This document shows positions 48,471-62,345 of a stretch of 64,000 bases of DNA, piece by piece; position 1 is the stretch's first letter; each line of letters opens with the position of its first letter. The translations under genes and the position numbers were made by a program. Origin of the DNA: Vicugna vicugna (taxonomy: Eukaryota); assembly GCA_013265495.1 (NCBI GenBank), contig MU058337.1, forward strand, positions 1,542,777 to 1,606,776, given 5' to 3'. Below the pieces are notes generated by a model. That model searched no databases, was not told where the DNA came from, and worked only from the letters and a program-made list of their open reading frames with translations.

Positions 48471-50737
48471 ACCATAATCCATCTAGGGTGAGGGGACACT
48501 GGTGTGCAGGCCACTAACCAGTGCCAGTGACTGTTTACTCTGGGTTGGTTAAGAAGGCACAGAGAGATGCTTTGGAAACATTTTTGCTCACCCTGCCCCA
48601 GCCCCCTCCTTCCTTCTGAGTTTACGCCAAGACACAAATAGTGTTGGATTTGGGTTGGAGTCAGGGTTAGATGAAACAGTCCCCCTGTTGCTTAAGAAAC
48701 TACTCGAGTTATCCTTTGTTCAGCAAGCATATGAAACTCTTGGTGGGGGGTGCTGTGGCAGGAAGACAGAGGTGAGAAGGAGGCTGTGTCTGTCTGTGGG
48801 GACCCTCTCATTTGGTTAGTGGAGAAGCGTAAGCAAACTGTCTGCCGTGTGAATTGTCTGTGAAAAAGAGGCTGGTGCCGGGCGCTCCTGGAGTGTAGCT
48901 GTGCAAGTGCCTTGTGCTTTGTGGGGAGAACAGGGAAAGTGTCCCAGGAGAAGGAGAAGGTGAAGGCTGATCTGAGTCTGAAACAAAGAGAACAAGGGAG
49001 GAGGAGGAATCCAGGCGGAGGGAACTGGGTGCATAAAAGCCGAGGTGTATCTTGGGGCATTTCCAAGAAAGGAGCCCGGAGGTGAGGGTTGAGGGGTGGG
49101 AGGTGGGGGACGAGGACCTGGAGTGTCTTGCTGGGGATGTTCTGGATGTTACCGGTTACGCTCAGGCGGTCCTGCTGGGCTTTGTGAAACTGTGTAAATA
49201 TCCGTGCATCAAGCTTAAAACAAATGCATAATTTAGTGTTAAAGCAGATACTGTCGTAATAAGAACAATTCGAAGAAAGGCAAGCGGTAGCAGGCTCCAG
49301 AGGTTTAAGAACTCTTTTTGAGAGAAAAGCTTAAAACATACTTTTTTCCCAGCTGGAGAAAGATAGTCTGTGATTCAGTTTTAGCAGGAAAACCTGGGAA
49401 TCTGACCCTGGGGCCCAGACTCTTGTGAGAGACTGGGCTGCTCTCTGCACCCGGGTCCCCCATCAGGCCGTGGACTGGAAGGACCCCTCTGGTTTGGGTT
49501 TGGGTTTGCTTTGTGGCTTTCAAAGCTCACTGCCCTGGGTGGGAACATAGCCTCCTCCTCCTCCTCATGTCTGGCAGCCAAGGCTGGGCCTGCTTACAAA
49601 GGCACCTGGCAGGAGGGAACATTCTGAAATAAGACATCTCAAAGGACCCCTTTCTAACATGTAAATGGCTTTTTAAAAAATGCTTGAGCAATCTCACCTG
49701 TTCCTCAGACTGTGAGAGTCACATGTCACTTAGGAGTGGGAGACAATAAAAAGGGTTTTTTCTTTATAGATTTTTCTAATTATTAAAAAAAAATGCTCAT
49801 TGTAAAAAATTTAAACAATAGAAATTAGTAATATAAAAAACTGAGATTGTTTTTCCTCATTTCTCCTCCTCCCTGGAGATAACTATTGTTCATGTGTATT
49901 TTCCTCAGATTAAAAAAAGTTAATTTAACACATACAAATTATAATAATTTTTTAACCAAAATGGAATTCTTCAACTTTTTTTTTCCTTCTTAACTAAATA
50001 CTTCAGACGACTTTCCATGTCAGTATATAAATCTAGTTACGTTCTTTTAGAAATGTTATCTTGTCCAGATTCATTGACTTTTACTTGATTTTCTTTTTAT
50101 GTAGTAGATCAGTAAATGGAAAAAAAAACCCCACTGTTGCTCATATAAATCTAATTATATCTTTCAAAGGTTTTGCTTTGTTTTGTTTGCGTGACATCAG
50201 TGGTAAGAATTGCGTTAAAGAGGAGAAGGCATTTAATGTTCTGCGTTCCTGAATGACCTTCATTGAAGGGTGGTTGGTGATTGACCAGTTTATGTTTATT
50301 TTCCAGGGAAAAGATGCTTTTTGTTGAGAAATGATTTTTATATTTTATAGATTTGTTCTTTTTCCTTAGGTAATCTCCTAAAATTAAAAAATAAAAAACC
50401 ACGAGCTTGCTAGTCCTGGGGAATTTTCCGATGCCCTCTTGCCTTGTGTGTAATGCACCCCTAATTAGGGATGTTCCCAGGTGGCTGGTTTTGGGGGTTC
50501 CAGGAAAGTGGGGGACTCACCCAGCACGAGAGAAATCGTAGTGATGCAATTACAAAAAGGTGGTTGTGGGAAGGCCAGGGAGCACCCCTGGCGCCAGCAA
50601 AACAAAGAACACATTCCAATCCTGGAAAGTGTCTTTTCCGAGGAAAATTAAAGCTCTATGACCTATATCTGCTTCTCATATCCATTTATGGGGATATCCA
50701 TATGCAGTGCTAATATCCACTAAAAGACAACACTAAT

Positions 50738-51625
50738 TAAAAAAATTTTTTAAATTAAAGTGCAGTCAGTTTACAATGTTGTGTCAATTTCGGGTGTACA
50801 GCACGATGTCCCAGTCATACATATACGTACCTATATTCCTTTTCATATTCTTTTTCATTATAGGTTACTATGAGAGATTGGATATAGTTCCCTCTGCTAT
50901 ACAGTATGAACTTGTTGTTTATCTACTTTATATCTAGTAGTTACTATCTGCAAATCTCAAACTCCCAATTTATCCCTTCCTACCCCCTACCCCCTGGTAA
51001 CCATAAGTTTGTTTTCTATGTCTGTGAGTCTGTTTCTGTTTGGTAAATAAGTTCATTTGTCTTATCTGACATAAATCTTAGCAATGTTCTCCTAGGGCAG
51101 TCTACCCAGGCAATAGAAATAAAAGCAAAAATAAACAAATGGGACCTAATTTAACTTATAAGCTTTTGCACAGCAAAGGAAACCATAAGAAAACAAAAAG
51201 ACAACCTATGGAATGGGAGAAAATATTTGCAAAAGATGAGATTGACAAGAGCTTAATTTCCAGAATATATAAACAGCTCATACAACTTAATAATAAAAAA
51301 ACAAACAATCCAATCCAAAAATGGGCAGAAGACCTAAACAAACAATTCTCCAGTGAAGACATACAAATGGCCAATAGGCACATGAAAAATGCTCAATATT
51401 GCTAATTATCAGAGAAATGCAAGTCAAAACTACAGTGAGGTATCACCTCACACCAGTCAGAATGGCCATCATTCAAAAGTCCACAAACGATAAATGCTGG
51501 AGAAGGTGTGGAGAATGGGGAACCCTCCCACACTGCTGGCGGGAATGCAGTGTGGTTCAGCCATTATGGAAAGCAGTATGGAGAGTCCTCAAAAAACTAA
51601 AAAGAGACTTACCATATGATTCAGC
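50738..51625 (-). mobile_element. 5'-inverted L1 insertion (3' end antisense 50738-51060, inverted ORF2 piece 51061-51625)
   Basis: Antisense 3'UTR abuts plus-oriented ORF2 ([13 protein letters not shown]...[34 protein letters not shown]). TSD AAGACAACACTAAT (50724-50737) / AAGATAACACTAAT (51626-51639). Confidence 0.92.
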
Positions 51626-52859
51626 AAGATAACACTAATAAATAATCAAACTAAAGGCAAAATGCAGGTGTTGCTAGATTGAGCCAAAGTGAGGAGACAT
51701 GAGACTTGGTGACCAGAAAGGGCCTGGTGTCTGGACCATATCTTTAGTGAGAGCTCCCCATGCACCAGACTTCTCTCCTCCTCTGCACATTAGCGCATGC
51801 TGTTCCCTCTTCCTGACTTCCCCTTCCAACCTCACCCTTCAGGTTCTGGTTTAGATTTCGTCTCTTTTGGTCCTCTTTTCCCAGCAGCCCCAGGAGGAGT
51901 TAACTGCTCCTGTGCCTGTGTTCCTGCAGGGCCTGGTGACAGCAGCTGCCCTTCCGCATTGCGGCTTCCTCTCCTCCCGCATGTGGTGAGCCTCTCAAGA
52001 CGGGGTCTGGCTCTCGTGCCTCGCACAGCTGTCGCGACAGGCGCCGGGCGGGGCAGGGGCGCCGTACGTGTTTGCTCACGGGCTGAGCGCCCAGTGGAGG
52101 GTCAGACAAGAGAAGCGCTCTCTTCCTCATCCAAAATAAGGGTAATGTGTAACACCCATGTCCTACTCTGTCTTGGGCATGAAATCGTTTCACAAAGTAC
52201 TTTGAGTTCCTTGAGTTTTGAATAAACATAAATAAAAGCTATTATTCCACAACATATTTAAACATGTTTCACTTTTGAACCAGGCAGTTGGATGGAGCTA
52301 GTGTCTCCCTGTATCTTTACTAGGTGCTTTCACAGTCACTCAAAACTTAAAAAAAATCGGATTTGCTTTTAGAGGTCGTTAGCAGTGATCTTTTTGGGGG
52401 GACTCTACATATTTTGGTGTATGTTCAGTGTGGTGTCACTTATATTTTTGTATTGAATTTCGGATGAAAATTCTGTGTATTTTCAGTCCTTTTTTTAGAA
52501 AATTGGTATTAATACACAACTAGTTGTATCTCGAATGCCATGTCCTTCAGAGTGCCACTTAGGATATGGAAAGTCAATAGGTTGGTGTTTAAATCAGGAT
52601 GAGATTTTGTATTACAGGATTAGTACTGCAGGTCTGAGATTCCATTTGTTCATGGGCAGTTTCTTATACTTTTTTGCAGCAATAAAACCATCAGCGCTAA
52701 CAGTGTAACCTTGAGGCCATGGACCACTGTCATACAATCCTGTTTGATATATTTGTAAATATATATATATATATATTTTTTTGGTGATGTCCTGTTTCCC
52801 TCTTTAGAGCACCACTAATGTTATACCACGTTCTGAACCGTCTGCATAGGCTGCTGGAG

Positions 52860-53080
52860 GCTGTGTGCACAGTGGTTAAATGAATGGGCTTTGGAGAGAG
52901 ACATACTTAAGTCAGGCCTGAATCCCAGTTCCAGTGATATCCTTAACATTTCCTGGCTGTTTTTCCTGGGGCAAATCAGTGTAAAATGGAGACAGTACTT
53001 CCTATCTCACTCGGTTGTTCTGAGAATTAGATTAAACAACAAGTTTATTACTATGTTTGGGTCCTAGTATGTGCACAAAA
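52860..53080 (+). mobile_element. MIR SINE
   Basis: cagtggttaaatgaatgggctttggag...gaatcccagttcc...tgtaaaatggagacagtacttcctatctcactcggttgttctgagaattagatta. Confidence 0.75.
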
Positions 53081-53187
53081 GATGTGACTGGCATCGTGAG
53101 TGTCGTGAAAGGATGCTGCCGCTAGCTCTCCCGTCCTGCAGGCTGGCAGGGTGTGGCCGAGCATGTGTGCAGGGCTGCGACCGTCCC

Positions 53188-53634
53188 TGTGCTGGGCAGC
53201 CTATTAGGGAGCCCCCGACCCCTGCCTTCCAGGTCTTCGCACCCTTGGCAGTGTCTCCCCTGGCTGGGGCTCACTTCTAGCCAATAGCAGATGGCCCAAG
53301 AGGTGGGATGTCACTTCTGAGAACAGGCTGCAGAGACGTGGCTCTGTCTTGGGCAGCCTGCATCAGGTGTGTCTCGCCCTCCCTTGAGTTACCCACCCTG
53401 GGGGAAGCCACTCAACCAACACAAGGAGGCCACAGGACTGAGCCTGGGACCACACCCTTCAGCCACTTTCCAGCACTCCTTCAGTCTGGACCAGGTTAGA
53501 CCCAGGAGCCAGAGACCGCCAGCTGAGCTCCACCTGCATTCCTGAATTCCTGCCAGTTGAAGCGATGACTGTCTGTTGTTTCAGGATGCTCAGTTTTTGA
53601 GAAATTTGTTATGCGGTGGTGTATGACTAATACA
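53188..53634 (+). mobile_element. MaLR solo LTR (MLT1E/F-like)
   Basis: Starts tgtgctgggcagcct, contains gggatgtcacttctgaga, ends aatttgttatgcggtggtgtatgactaataca (TG...CA). Confidence 0.75.
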
Positions 53635-56600
53635 ATGCCGGAGCTGGGCTGTGTCCGGCTGTGCTGTGGGCCTGGCCGGCACTCCATGGAGATAGCTGAT
53701 AAAGCATATCATCATCAAAGGCTCCCTGTTTATTTATTTTTTTGAATGGATGAGGCCCAAACTCTCCGGTGCAGCCCTCCCTAACATGGGCCACGCCCCC
53801 GCCTCCCACAGGCACACAGATCTCCAACCGCCTTGCACGTCTCCCGTCCCCTTGCGATGCTGCAAAGTCTTTTGTGCTGTACAGACCCCCTTGCACCTTC
53901 TCAGAGGGGAACTGAAGCCTCCCCTTCAGGAATCCTTATCTGCTCTTCCCTGAGACCCGAAGCCGTGTCCTGCCTCTCGTTCTCTTGGCAGGCTCTGCAT
54001 ATCTTAACTTGTTCTGATAACCGGTGCTTACCTAGCGTGTCTGGTATTTGAGTCCCTCCACACACTGACTTTATTTGAGGACTGTATTTCTTCAAGGTAC
54101 ACGAGTGCTTCGCCAGTAGTGCTTAATAGATATTTTTATAATGAAGGCATGATTCCAGCTCTCAGATGGCAGTATTGTTTTCTGCATCCAACCTCTTATG
54201 AAGCGTCAATATACTTTCCTTTATATTCTTTTAATATGTGACATGGGGGTTGTACTTGCAGTATGAACACATCTGGAAGGAGGAGAAACGGCCATTTACA
54301 GTAACCTGACTTGCAAACAAGCTGGAACAGAGCAGTCTGGCCTGGAGAGACCTGTCTGAGAGAGCTTGGTAAATCCCAATTGTGCCAACAGTGGGGTTCC
54401 AGGGTGCTGGGGAGCACAACGGTTAGAACTACCTACGTTTAATCTGTGACCAAGGATGGAGAAAAGGTCATTTATGTGTAGGAATTTTGCTCCCTTCTAT
54501 TTTTCAAGAATTTTAGCATTTCCTTACATAGGGTTTGCAACTTTAAGGACTGGCTAAGACATCTGTGTCCAGGGTTGCTAAGTGGAAGTTGGCTTTGAGT
54601 CTTAATCTAAAGACAAACTGGATCAGAGCCAACTGCAGGGTTACGGCCAAGATGCATCCGTGTGACTACTGCCCCATTCATCTCAGGTTCATTTTTTAAA
54701 ACCCCTTAACAGAGCCTCACACAAAACTCAATTCCAGGTTCCGTGTTTTGCCCCACACTCAAGGTGGAAAATTGGACGTATTAGGGTCCAGTTTAGAACT
54801 CTGATAAACTAAGGCCATTAACAGTCCCCTTTCTCACTTTCTTGTCCAAATATGTGTTGATGATGAAGTACCAGAGATACTTGGATGAAAGTCACTGCAA
54901 GTCCTTTAAGAACCCAAACACGCACAGAATTAATTAGAAACCTTATCTTCAAAAGCAGGACCCAGAGACACAGAAGTACTTAAGTCAGTTTTTCAAAGTA
55001 GAAAAGTGACCCTGAGAGTTAACCTCTAATACAGAGAGGGACTTGGAAATTTGGCAATGATCTGGATAATTTCTCATCAGATCTGATTATAGATTTTATA
55101 TTGACCAGCCCAATGGAAGTGTTTCAAAATGGTTATGTTATTTTTGGCAGCAAAGCCTCTAAGAAGAGCAGTGAGTAACTTTGAGGGTGAAGAGGAAGAA
55201 AGACGTGTCTCACTCTGGGTACTGCATGGGGGATCCTTGACTGCATTCACGGTCCCGGTGAAAACTCCATGTTCACTTCCAACTAATTTATAATTTAGAT
55301 CACACCCTAAACAAATTTACTTGAGAATATCATTTGCAATTTATATCTTATGAAAGTATGACATCAGATTTCACGGTCTTACCCTGTTCTGGTGCGTGTT
55401 CCTCGGTTGCCGTAGTAACCGAGTTGCCATGGATTACGCTGTAGGAGTTGTAAGGGTCAGCGAAGACCAGAGCCCTGTCATTCTTCATTCAAAGGCAATT
55501 GTCCCAGAAAAATGTGACTTGCTTCAATATTTAAGACCCGGGCACTGATATTAAACTAGAATGATATTTCGGTTAAAAACCAATAATTAACCTTGTCTTC
55601 CACTCCGGGTCACACTTTAATAGCAATTTCATAAAGTGGACATTCCTCTTCTTTCATTCCTGAAGTCCTAGATAGGTTTTAAATAACACATCTCCTAGAG
55701 AAGCACACGGGTAATCGTTGCAATTTATTTTATGTCATTATCTAAGCCCTCGAGACCTTACAATCCCAGCACCCCTCTCCGAGGTAATTGCACACATCTT
55801 GGGACTGTGTGAGATGATGTTCATATTCAGGGCACCGTCTCTTTGAAAGGATTCACAGCCTGCAATGAAACCCTGTCTTGATGTCTTTCTGCAAAATTTA
55901 TTTTTAGACAAGTATAGGGTATTTCCTTTCTAAAGAATACTTTTCTTCAAAATCACAGTCTTTGATGTCACAGCTTTACAATATGTATCCTGGTTAGGAA
56001 TTTTAGTTTCAAAGTGGGGATTATGCAAGTTGATTAGGTTATACTAAAACCTTTCAGATTATAAATTAAGACGACCTTTGAGGTACACAAGATTGCCATC
56101 ATTCTTTTCAATATGTCTCACTTTTTTTTGTTCCCTAAGTTGTTTTAAATTGCTGTAGAGTTTTACGCACTGTGGTATAGAACATACTTAGGTGGTTGCT
56201 TAAATTTTTTAATACCAGTAGTGTGAAATTTTGGCACCTACATAAGAAATATGTTAAATATTATTATTGTTTAAAGCAGGGATTTGATATTTCTCAGGTT
56301 GTATGAAAAACTTATCTCAGAAAATGATCAAATAATGTTAAGTACTTATTTTTTATAATCTCAAACAAAGCTGAAATACTTACATGTATTTTATGCATAT
56401 ATGTAAATTCTAGTAGTTATTTCTGTGAAGATATTTGGAACTTTATCACTTTAAAAATGAATCCATTATAAAATTTTTAATTACTTCAAATATAACAATC
56501 CAGTTTTTCCCAATAACAAGCAAGTTCCACAAAAGTTCTAACAGTCTGTGTTCAGATTTTTCTTATATTTATTTTTTAAAAGAAGAAAAATGATTTTTCT

Positions 56601-58696
56601 ACCTTTTTTCCTTTGATCAATACAATTTTATGTGATGTCACATTCATTAGAGTTGGATGAACGATATTATTGATGGTAGAAAAGAAAATGATTCCAACTT
56701 ATTCAGTTATTAAATACATTGATTATATGAAAGAAAATTATTTTCTTTGAGAAAAAGAAATTTTATTCTTTCTCTGAGATACAAGGGCAAGCTATTTGAT
56801 TTACTTGAGTGTCTAATTATAGCCATAATTGAGAGCGTTGCAAGTGAATTTTGTTGCTATTTCTCTAACTTGGAGCTTACAAATTCATATTTCAGCAAGA
56901 GTGCAGAACACAGATAAACTCTGGAAAATAAAACTCAAGTTCATTATAAAAAGATTACCCTCTCCTTGCCCGCCCCTCCCATAGGCATCCCTGACTCTCC
57001 AACAACAAGTTTTAATGAAGACAAGATGATTGACCATATTTTGATTAACAGCCTCAAGACCCGACTCATTCTGAATTGTCAAAGTTGCTTTCACTTTGCA
57101 TTAGTTGGGTTTCAGGGAATGAAAATAATTGATGATTTTAAATGAGTCTATGATAACATTACTTCCTACATTCTTAAAATCTTTAGCTTTTATACAGCTA
57201 GGTTTCTGGATGAAGGATAGAAAGGTGGTCATATTTCTGCTGGATGAGAATATACTTACATGAAATGTGTGCTCGCACTGCGTGTGCATTCATTCAAAAT
57301 GAGCTCCAACAAATGTGGTCTTTGTGGCCCTAAGCCTCGTTTTCCTGCCGCTGTCTCTTTCTGTACACGAGACCCTCCTTTGATGTCAACAGGAGTCCCT
57401 GAACAGCAGAAAGAGGCTTTTTAGAGGCATAAAACTGCATGAGAAGGTCAAATGGAAGGTTCGTATCAATGAGCTGAGAACCGAATCGTAGAGCTGGTCC
57501 ATGCTGCTTGTCCACTACACCAGCATGCTCACCGAATGTTTGTTCAGATGTCTTGTCTTAATAATGGGCACTTTATTAGTAATTAATGAATAGTAAATAA
57601 TTATTATTTTCCTATTGTCCTTTTTCTCCCCCTTTAGGGACAAATCAGCCTTCCACATTGGTGCAGTCTCCTTGTTAACTTGTTTGTGAAAGAGGCAAAT
57701 CAAACCTGGCTTTATGCAAAATTATGAATTCCTTACAATCTCAATTTCTTTCTGGGCAGCAGCTTGATTGAAATCCAGGCCCCAGGTTTTAGGGTTGAGC
57801 AAACACTTAGTCAGAGGCTCCGAGTGAAATATTACTCTTTTAAACCACGTACGCTTTCATCTTTCAGCTGCCCCTTGTTCCCTGACTGGCCTTTCCTTTT
57901 TTCTCCGAGGCCTCCGAGTGGCACTTCCTGAATGACATTTCAATAGCACTTTCCAAATACAGTGTAACAAAGAGATCAAGGCCCACTGGGAAGATGGAGC
58001 AGATTTTTTTTTTCTTCATGAAATGAATAGTTTTAATTATGTCTTTTCCGCCTACTCCATGGACCCTCCCAGCCTCCAGCCCCACGCCAGATCCTAAGTC
58101 AGCAAACTTCTGACGTTCAGACCTCTTCCTTCACACCTTTTCACCAACAAGGTCTAAAGTCGTCTCCGCCTCCCGCAGGTGCATCCTTGGCTCCCACCTT
58201 CACGCAGGCTGGGTCCCCGTTGCCAGGAGAGATAAGCAGACCTCCTACTGCTCAATTATGATCTTGTTTTCAGTCCTGCCCCCAGGATCCACAGCCATCC
58301 CAACAACAGCTTGAAAAATGGACCTGTTCTAAAAGAATCGCCGGCAGTGGCTGTGACGGATGACTCTGAAACCAAGGGTTATTCAGGCTTTCCGAAAGGG
58401 TCACCCCTTCATTTCCAGCTCGTCTTTTCAGAGCCTTGAAAGCATGTAGAAGCGGAGATGTTAGCGTCAGTTACACTCCTTTAAACTGTGGGAGGCATTG
58501 CAGGGAAAAGTCATTTATCTCATAGGTACGCCACTTGTACATTGCAAAGGAGCCAATCTGAAAAATCCTAAATCAAGGCATTTCAAACATTAATGTTTTG
58601 TTTTGATTTGTTTTGTTTTAAATTCAGAGAAGGCACTTCTTGTGAAAAGTGCCAAGCCCTGGTGAAATTTTTTTTTTTTGAGAAGTATGCCTCAGG

Positions 58697-59005
58697 TTGT
58701 TTTTTTTTAATTGGAATATAGTTGATTTACAAAGTTGTGTTAATCACAGGTGTACAGCAAAGTGATCTGGTTGTACATGTAAGTAGGTATATTCTTTTTC
58801 AGAGTCTTTTCCATTATAGGTTGTTTCAAGATACTGAATATAGTTTCCTGTGCTCTATAGTAGGTCCTCGCTCTTTATCAATTTTATATATAATGATTTG
58901 TATCTGTCATTCCCAAACTCCCAATTTATCCTTCCCCCCACCTCCCCCTTAGATAACCATAAGTTTGTTTTCTATGTCTGTGAGCCTCTTTCTGTTTTGT
59001 AAATA
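58697..59005 (-). mobile_element. 5'-truncated L1 3' end
   Basis: T tract, then ttggaatatagttgatttaca...accataagtttgttttctatgtctgtgag; same family as 50738-51060. Confidence 0.85.
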
Positions 59006-59839
59006 TTGATTTTTAAAGCTAAAAAATTGACATGGGAGCATGGGCCAGTATTAGCCACCAGAAAAAAAGCAGTCCCCCAGGAGGCAAACTTTGGGCAGCC
59101 CACAAACTTTTAGTGGAAATAAATATTTCATGAAAACAAACCAGAAAAAGTATTAGTTAAAATTTATTGGGCAAGACTCCAAATTCTCTTTTATTCAAGG
59201 CTTCCTTCTAAAATTGTGATAGGCCCTCCTTTTTGAGTTGATACTCATTAGCACACACAGAATGTACGAGTGTTACACAGCGGAAGTGCTCTCTCCTCCA
59301 GAATACGCCTGTAATTCTGTCTCCAGGACTCCCTGGCTGTTCCAAGCACTTTAGACCCTTTGACTCAGCAAGACTCTGTTATTTGCAGTGAGGCGATCGA
59401 ACTTTCTGGGCCTCATTTTCTTTTAGGTCAGAAATCCTCTTAATCTGAGCTTGTCTTCAAATGTACCCTTTGTAGAAAGACCAAAGACTATGTCCCTTGA
59501 AGCCTCTACAACAGCTTTTACTTAAAGCACAATTTTATGAATTTAACAATTATTAAATTTTAATAGTAGATTGAAGGAATGAGGCATGAATTTAATAGAT
59601 AAATATTGGGTTTGTAAATGGACCACTATCCTTGAATCCTTGCAATGGAACGTGCTAGCAGTGTCTCATTTGAGCAAAAGAAAGACACCCAGAGCGAAGT
59701 CAGCAAAATTTACTTTGATGTCCATTTGCCACTTTCTTGTCACCTTTATGACGTGACCTCTGTCTCATTTACATCTGCTTCCCCCACTTTGAGTCTCCAA
59801 ACACACATACACCACACACACGCACTCTCCCAGTTCCAA

Positions 59840-60425
59840 TGTCCTGTGGCCTTATGCTGTTTTTTGGATCTTAATTGGTTCTTAATTGCAAGCAATAGCA
59901 GCTGATTCTAGTTTTGTAAAAAGGGATTCAATTAAAGAAATATGGAGTCGATCACAGACATCTTGGGAGGGCTGCAAAACTGGATTCAAGGCCAAACTTA
60001 ATGGAATAGCACCCCAAACCACAACCACAGAGGTAGCCAAATGAGAAGGCACCTCTGCTGGACTTTTGAGGGCATCATTTTTCTCCCATTTCTCCTCTGT
60101 ACAGGGAACTTCACTGGACAACAGTCATGCAATCACTGGCTTCTGCTGACGCTACCAGATCAATTTGGTTACCCCCAGCTCCCGCAGAGATAGAGATGCT
60201 CAGCCTGTTTCCTTGTGTGACTTACTTCTGCACCGAAGCCTTGTGTGGCTCTGTTTGACCAGTGAAACTCAGATCCCACGCTTGTGTTCTTGTGGTGCAG
60301 GAGATTGGTGAAAATTCAGTTTTCTAGGCCCTGCTTCGGGAAGTCAGGATTCTCAGTGTAGAAAATTTTCCAGTCGCAGCAAGAGTTTTCAAGGAAGTGT
60401 TGGGCCTAACAAATGTTCTCCACTG
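59840..60425 (-). mobile_element. Probable ancient ERVL/MaLR-type LTR remnant
   Basis: ggttcttaattgcaagcaatagcagctgattctag...aaaagggattcaattaaagaaatatggag resembles the antisense end of old MLT/LTR33-like LTRs. Family uncertain. Confidence 0.4.
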
Positions 60426-60464
60426 GTGTTGAAAAGCCTCACAAAGATTCCTCATTCTTCATGA

Positions 60465-60620
60465 TCCATCCATCCGTCCATCCACCCATCTGTCCGTCCA
60501 TGCTTCCATTTAATTTTTATTTTAACAAACATTTATTGAACTCTTGCTGTATGGGGGAGGTACTGGGAGCTCTGGGTGCAAAAACAGTTGAGGTACAAAT
60601 GCAGCTTTAAAGCACTCCTC
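60465..60620 (-). mobile_element. L2 3' terminus
   Basis: (TCCA)n-like tail, then aacaaacatttattgaactcttgctgtatggg...actgggagctctggg. Confidence 0.65.
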
Positions 60621-62079
60621 CTCAAATAGGGAAGGAGATGAGTAGGCAGGTGTTTTTGACTCAGAGTGGTGAACGTGATGGCCTTGGTGAAGCATAGGCT
60701 GAGGTTGGATATTACACTCCTGTCTACCCCTCTGATTCCCAGTCTTCCTTGGAGTGAACTTGGAGCTATGGGGCTAGTTCTATCCCTGGACTGTGAGCTA
60801 GGGGCTTGGCACCAGGGTGCCTCTTCCCCCACTTTCTTCCTTTACAAGGTCACCCTGAAGACCTGTGTTCCAGCCAGTGTGAACCCACAGTGGAGGACAG
60901 AAACCAGGTCCACACTGGGCTCTTGGTATGAGCCATTGACGTCTTCAGGGCTTTCCAGTTGTCACAGCTAGCACTAGCTATCCTAAATGAAATACAGGCC
61001 GCATGGTAAATCAGAAAAGTTAGAGTTATCCAGAAGGGAACTTGGAAAGGTCCTCTTTAAATAACTCAGTGTAGCTACAGTCAGACAGATGAGTCTGGAG
61101 AGGAAATCAGAGGCCAGATCTCAGAGGACTTAAGTCTGTCTTGCTAAGACTTCTTTTTTCCTTGAGGCTCTGGGGAGGCACTGAAGAATTTTAATACTTT
61201 TTCCACCTTTCCACCTGGGAAACAACTTACCAATATCTTCTGCAGAGCTCAGCTAATCTGATACACTCAAATCTGCTCTGGCTAATAAAAAAGGATCGAT
61301 CTTTCAGCCATCTTGACTTTACCAGTTCAAATATGAAATGCTTTAATATTATACAATTAGTCCTTGACTCTCTGGCTTGGGTAGGGTAAAGGACAACTGG
61401 TGTTGAATCTGTGGGGCTCTTCAAATTGTGAGTCTCATTTACGAGTTAGCCCACGCAGAGCAGCAGCTTTGAGAAGCCAAAGGTATGACAACAGATAAAT
61501 TTATAGATCTTTTAAAAGTGATGCTGAAGAAACTGGACCAATTCACAGTGCCATTCACCTGGGCTTTAAAGCATTTTATTAGGGCTGTATGTTTTTCACA
61601 TATAACATATGACCTATGGAGAGAATGAATTTTCATCCTTGGGGGAAAAGAGATCAGTATTAAAGTTATATTTTATTATACGGCAAATGCATACATCCTA
61701 AATATTTTGAGTGAATATCAGAGGAAAAGATGTAATTTGAACAACTTCACTTACTACAAGCCAAATAAATCATAGAATATTGAAATTATTTTAACATTTA
61801 TATTTTATTAAAATATCAGTATCTCGCTGAGATCTTAACTTCTACCTGAGGTTTAAAATCTTCATTTTATTACATCTCTCAAACAAGTTAAAAGTCATAC
61901 ATAGCAAAGCAAAAAAGTCATTTGGACTAAAGCAAGTTTGATGTCCTAGGAATTTTCCATTTGCTCTATTTAGGACAATTGGTAACTCCACTAAGGGTTA
62001 ACTTTGGAACATTCTTTACATTTAAATCCTAACAATATTCTCGTTGAGTTAATATAACTGGGATGAATCAACATGTCTG

Positions 62080-62345
62080 TTAGTTAACCTTCATTAGATT
62101 ATGCTTTGTAACAAATAGCCCCAGAATCTCAGGAACAAAGACATGCTTCTTACTCACATTGCTGTCTCTGTTCTGCATGTCCTCTTCCTTTTGAATCCAG
62201 GCTGAAGGAGGGTCCATTCTCTGGGACATGCTGTTCATTGACTAAAGCAAGCCAAATGGCTGAGCGTGGACGCCAGTGAGGAGGCATCACCTCCTCTTCA
62301 AGGAGGACAGAAAACAACCGATAAACATAATCTACCACAATGTAT
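62080..62345 (-). mobile_element. Old MLT1 (J/K/L-like) LTR remnant
   Basis: ttagattatgctttgtaacaaatagccccagaatctcagg...tccaggctgaaggagggtccattctctgggacatgctgttc. Confidence 0.55.
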
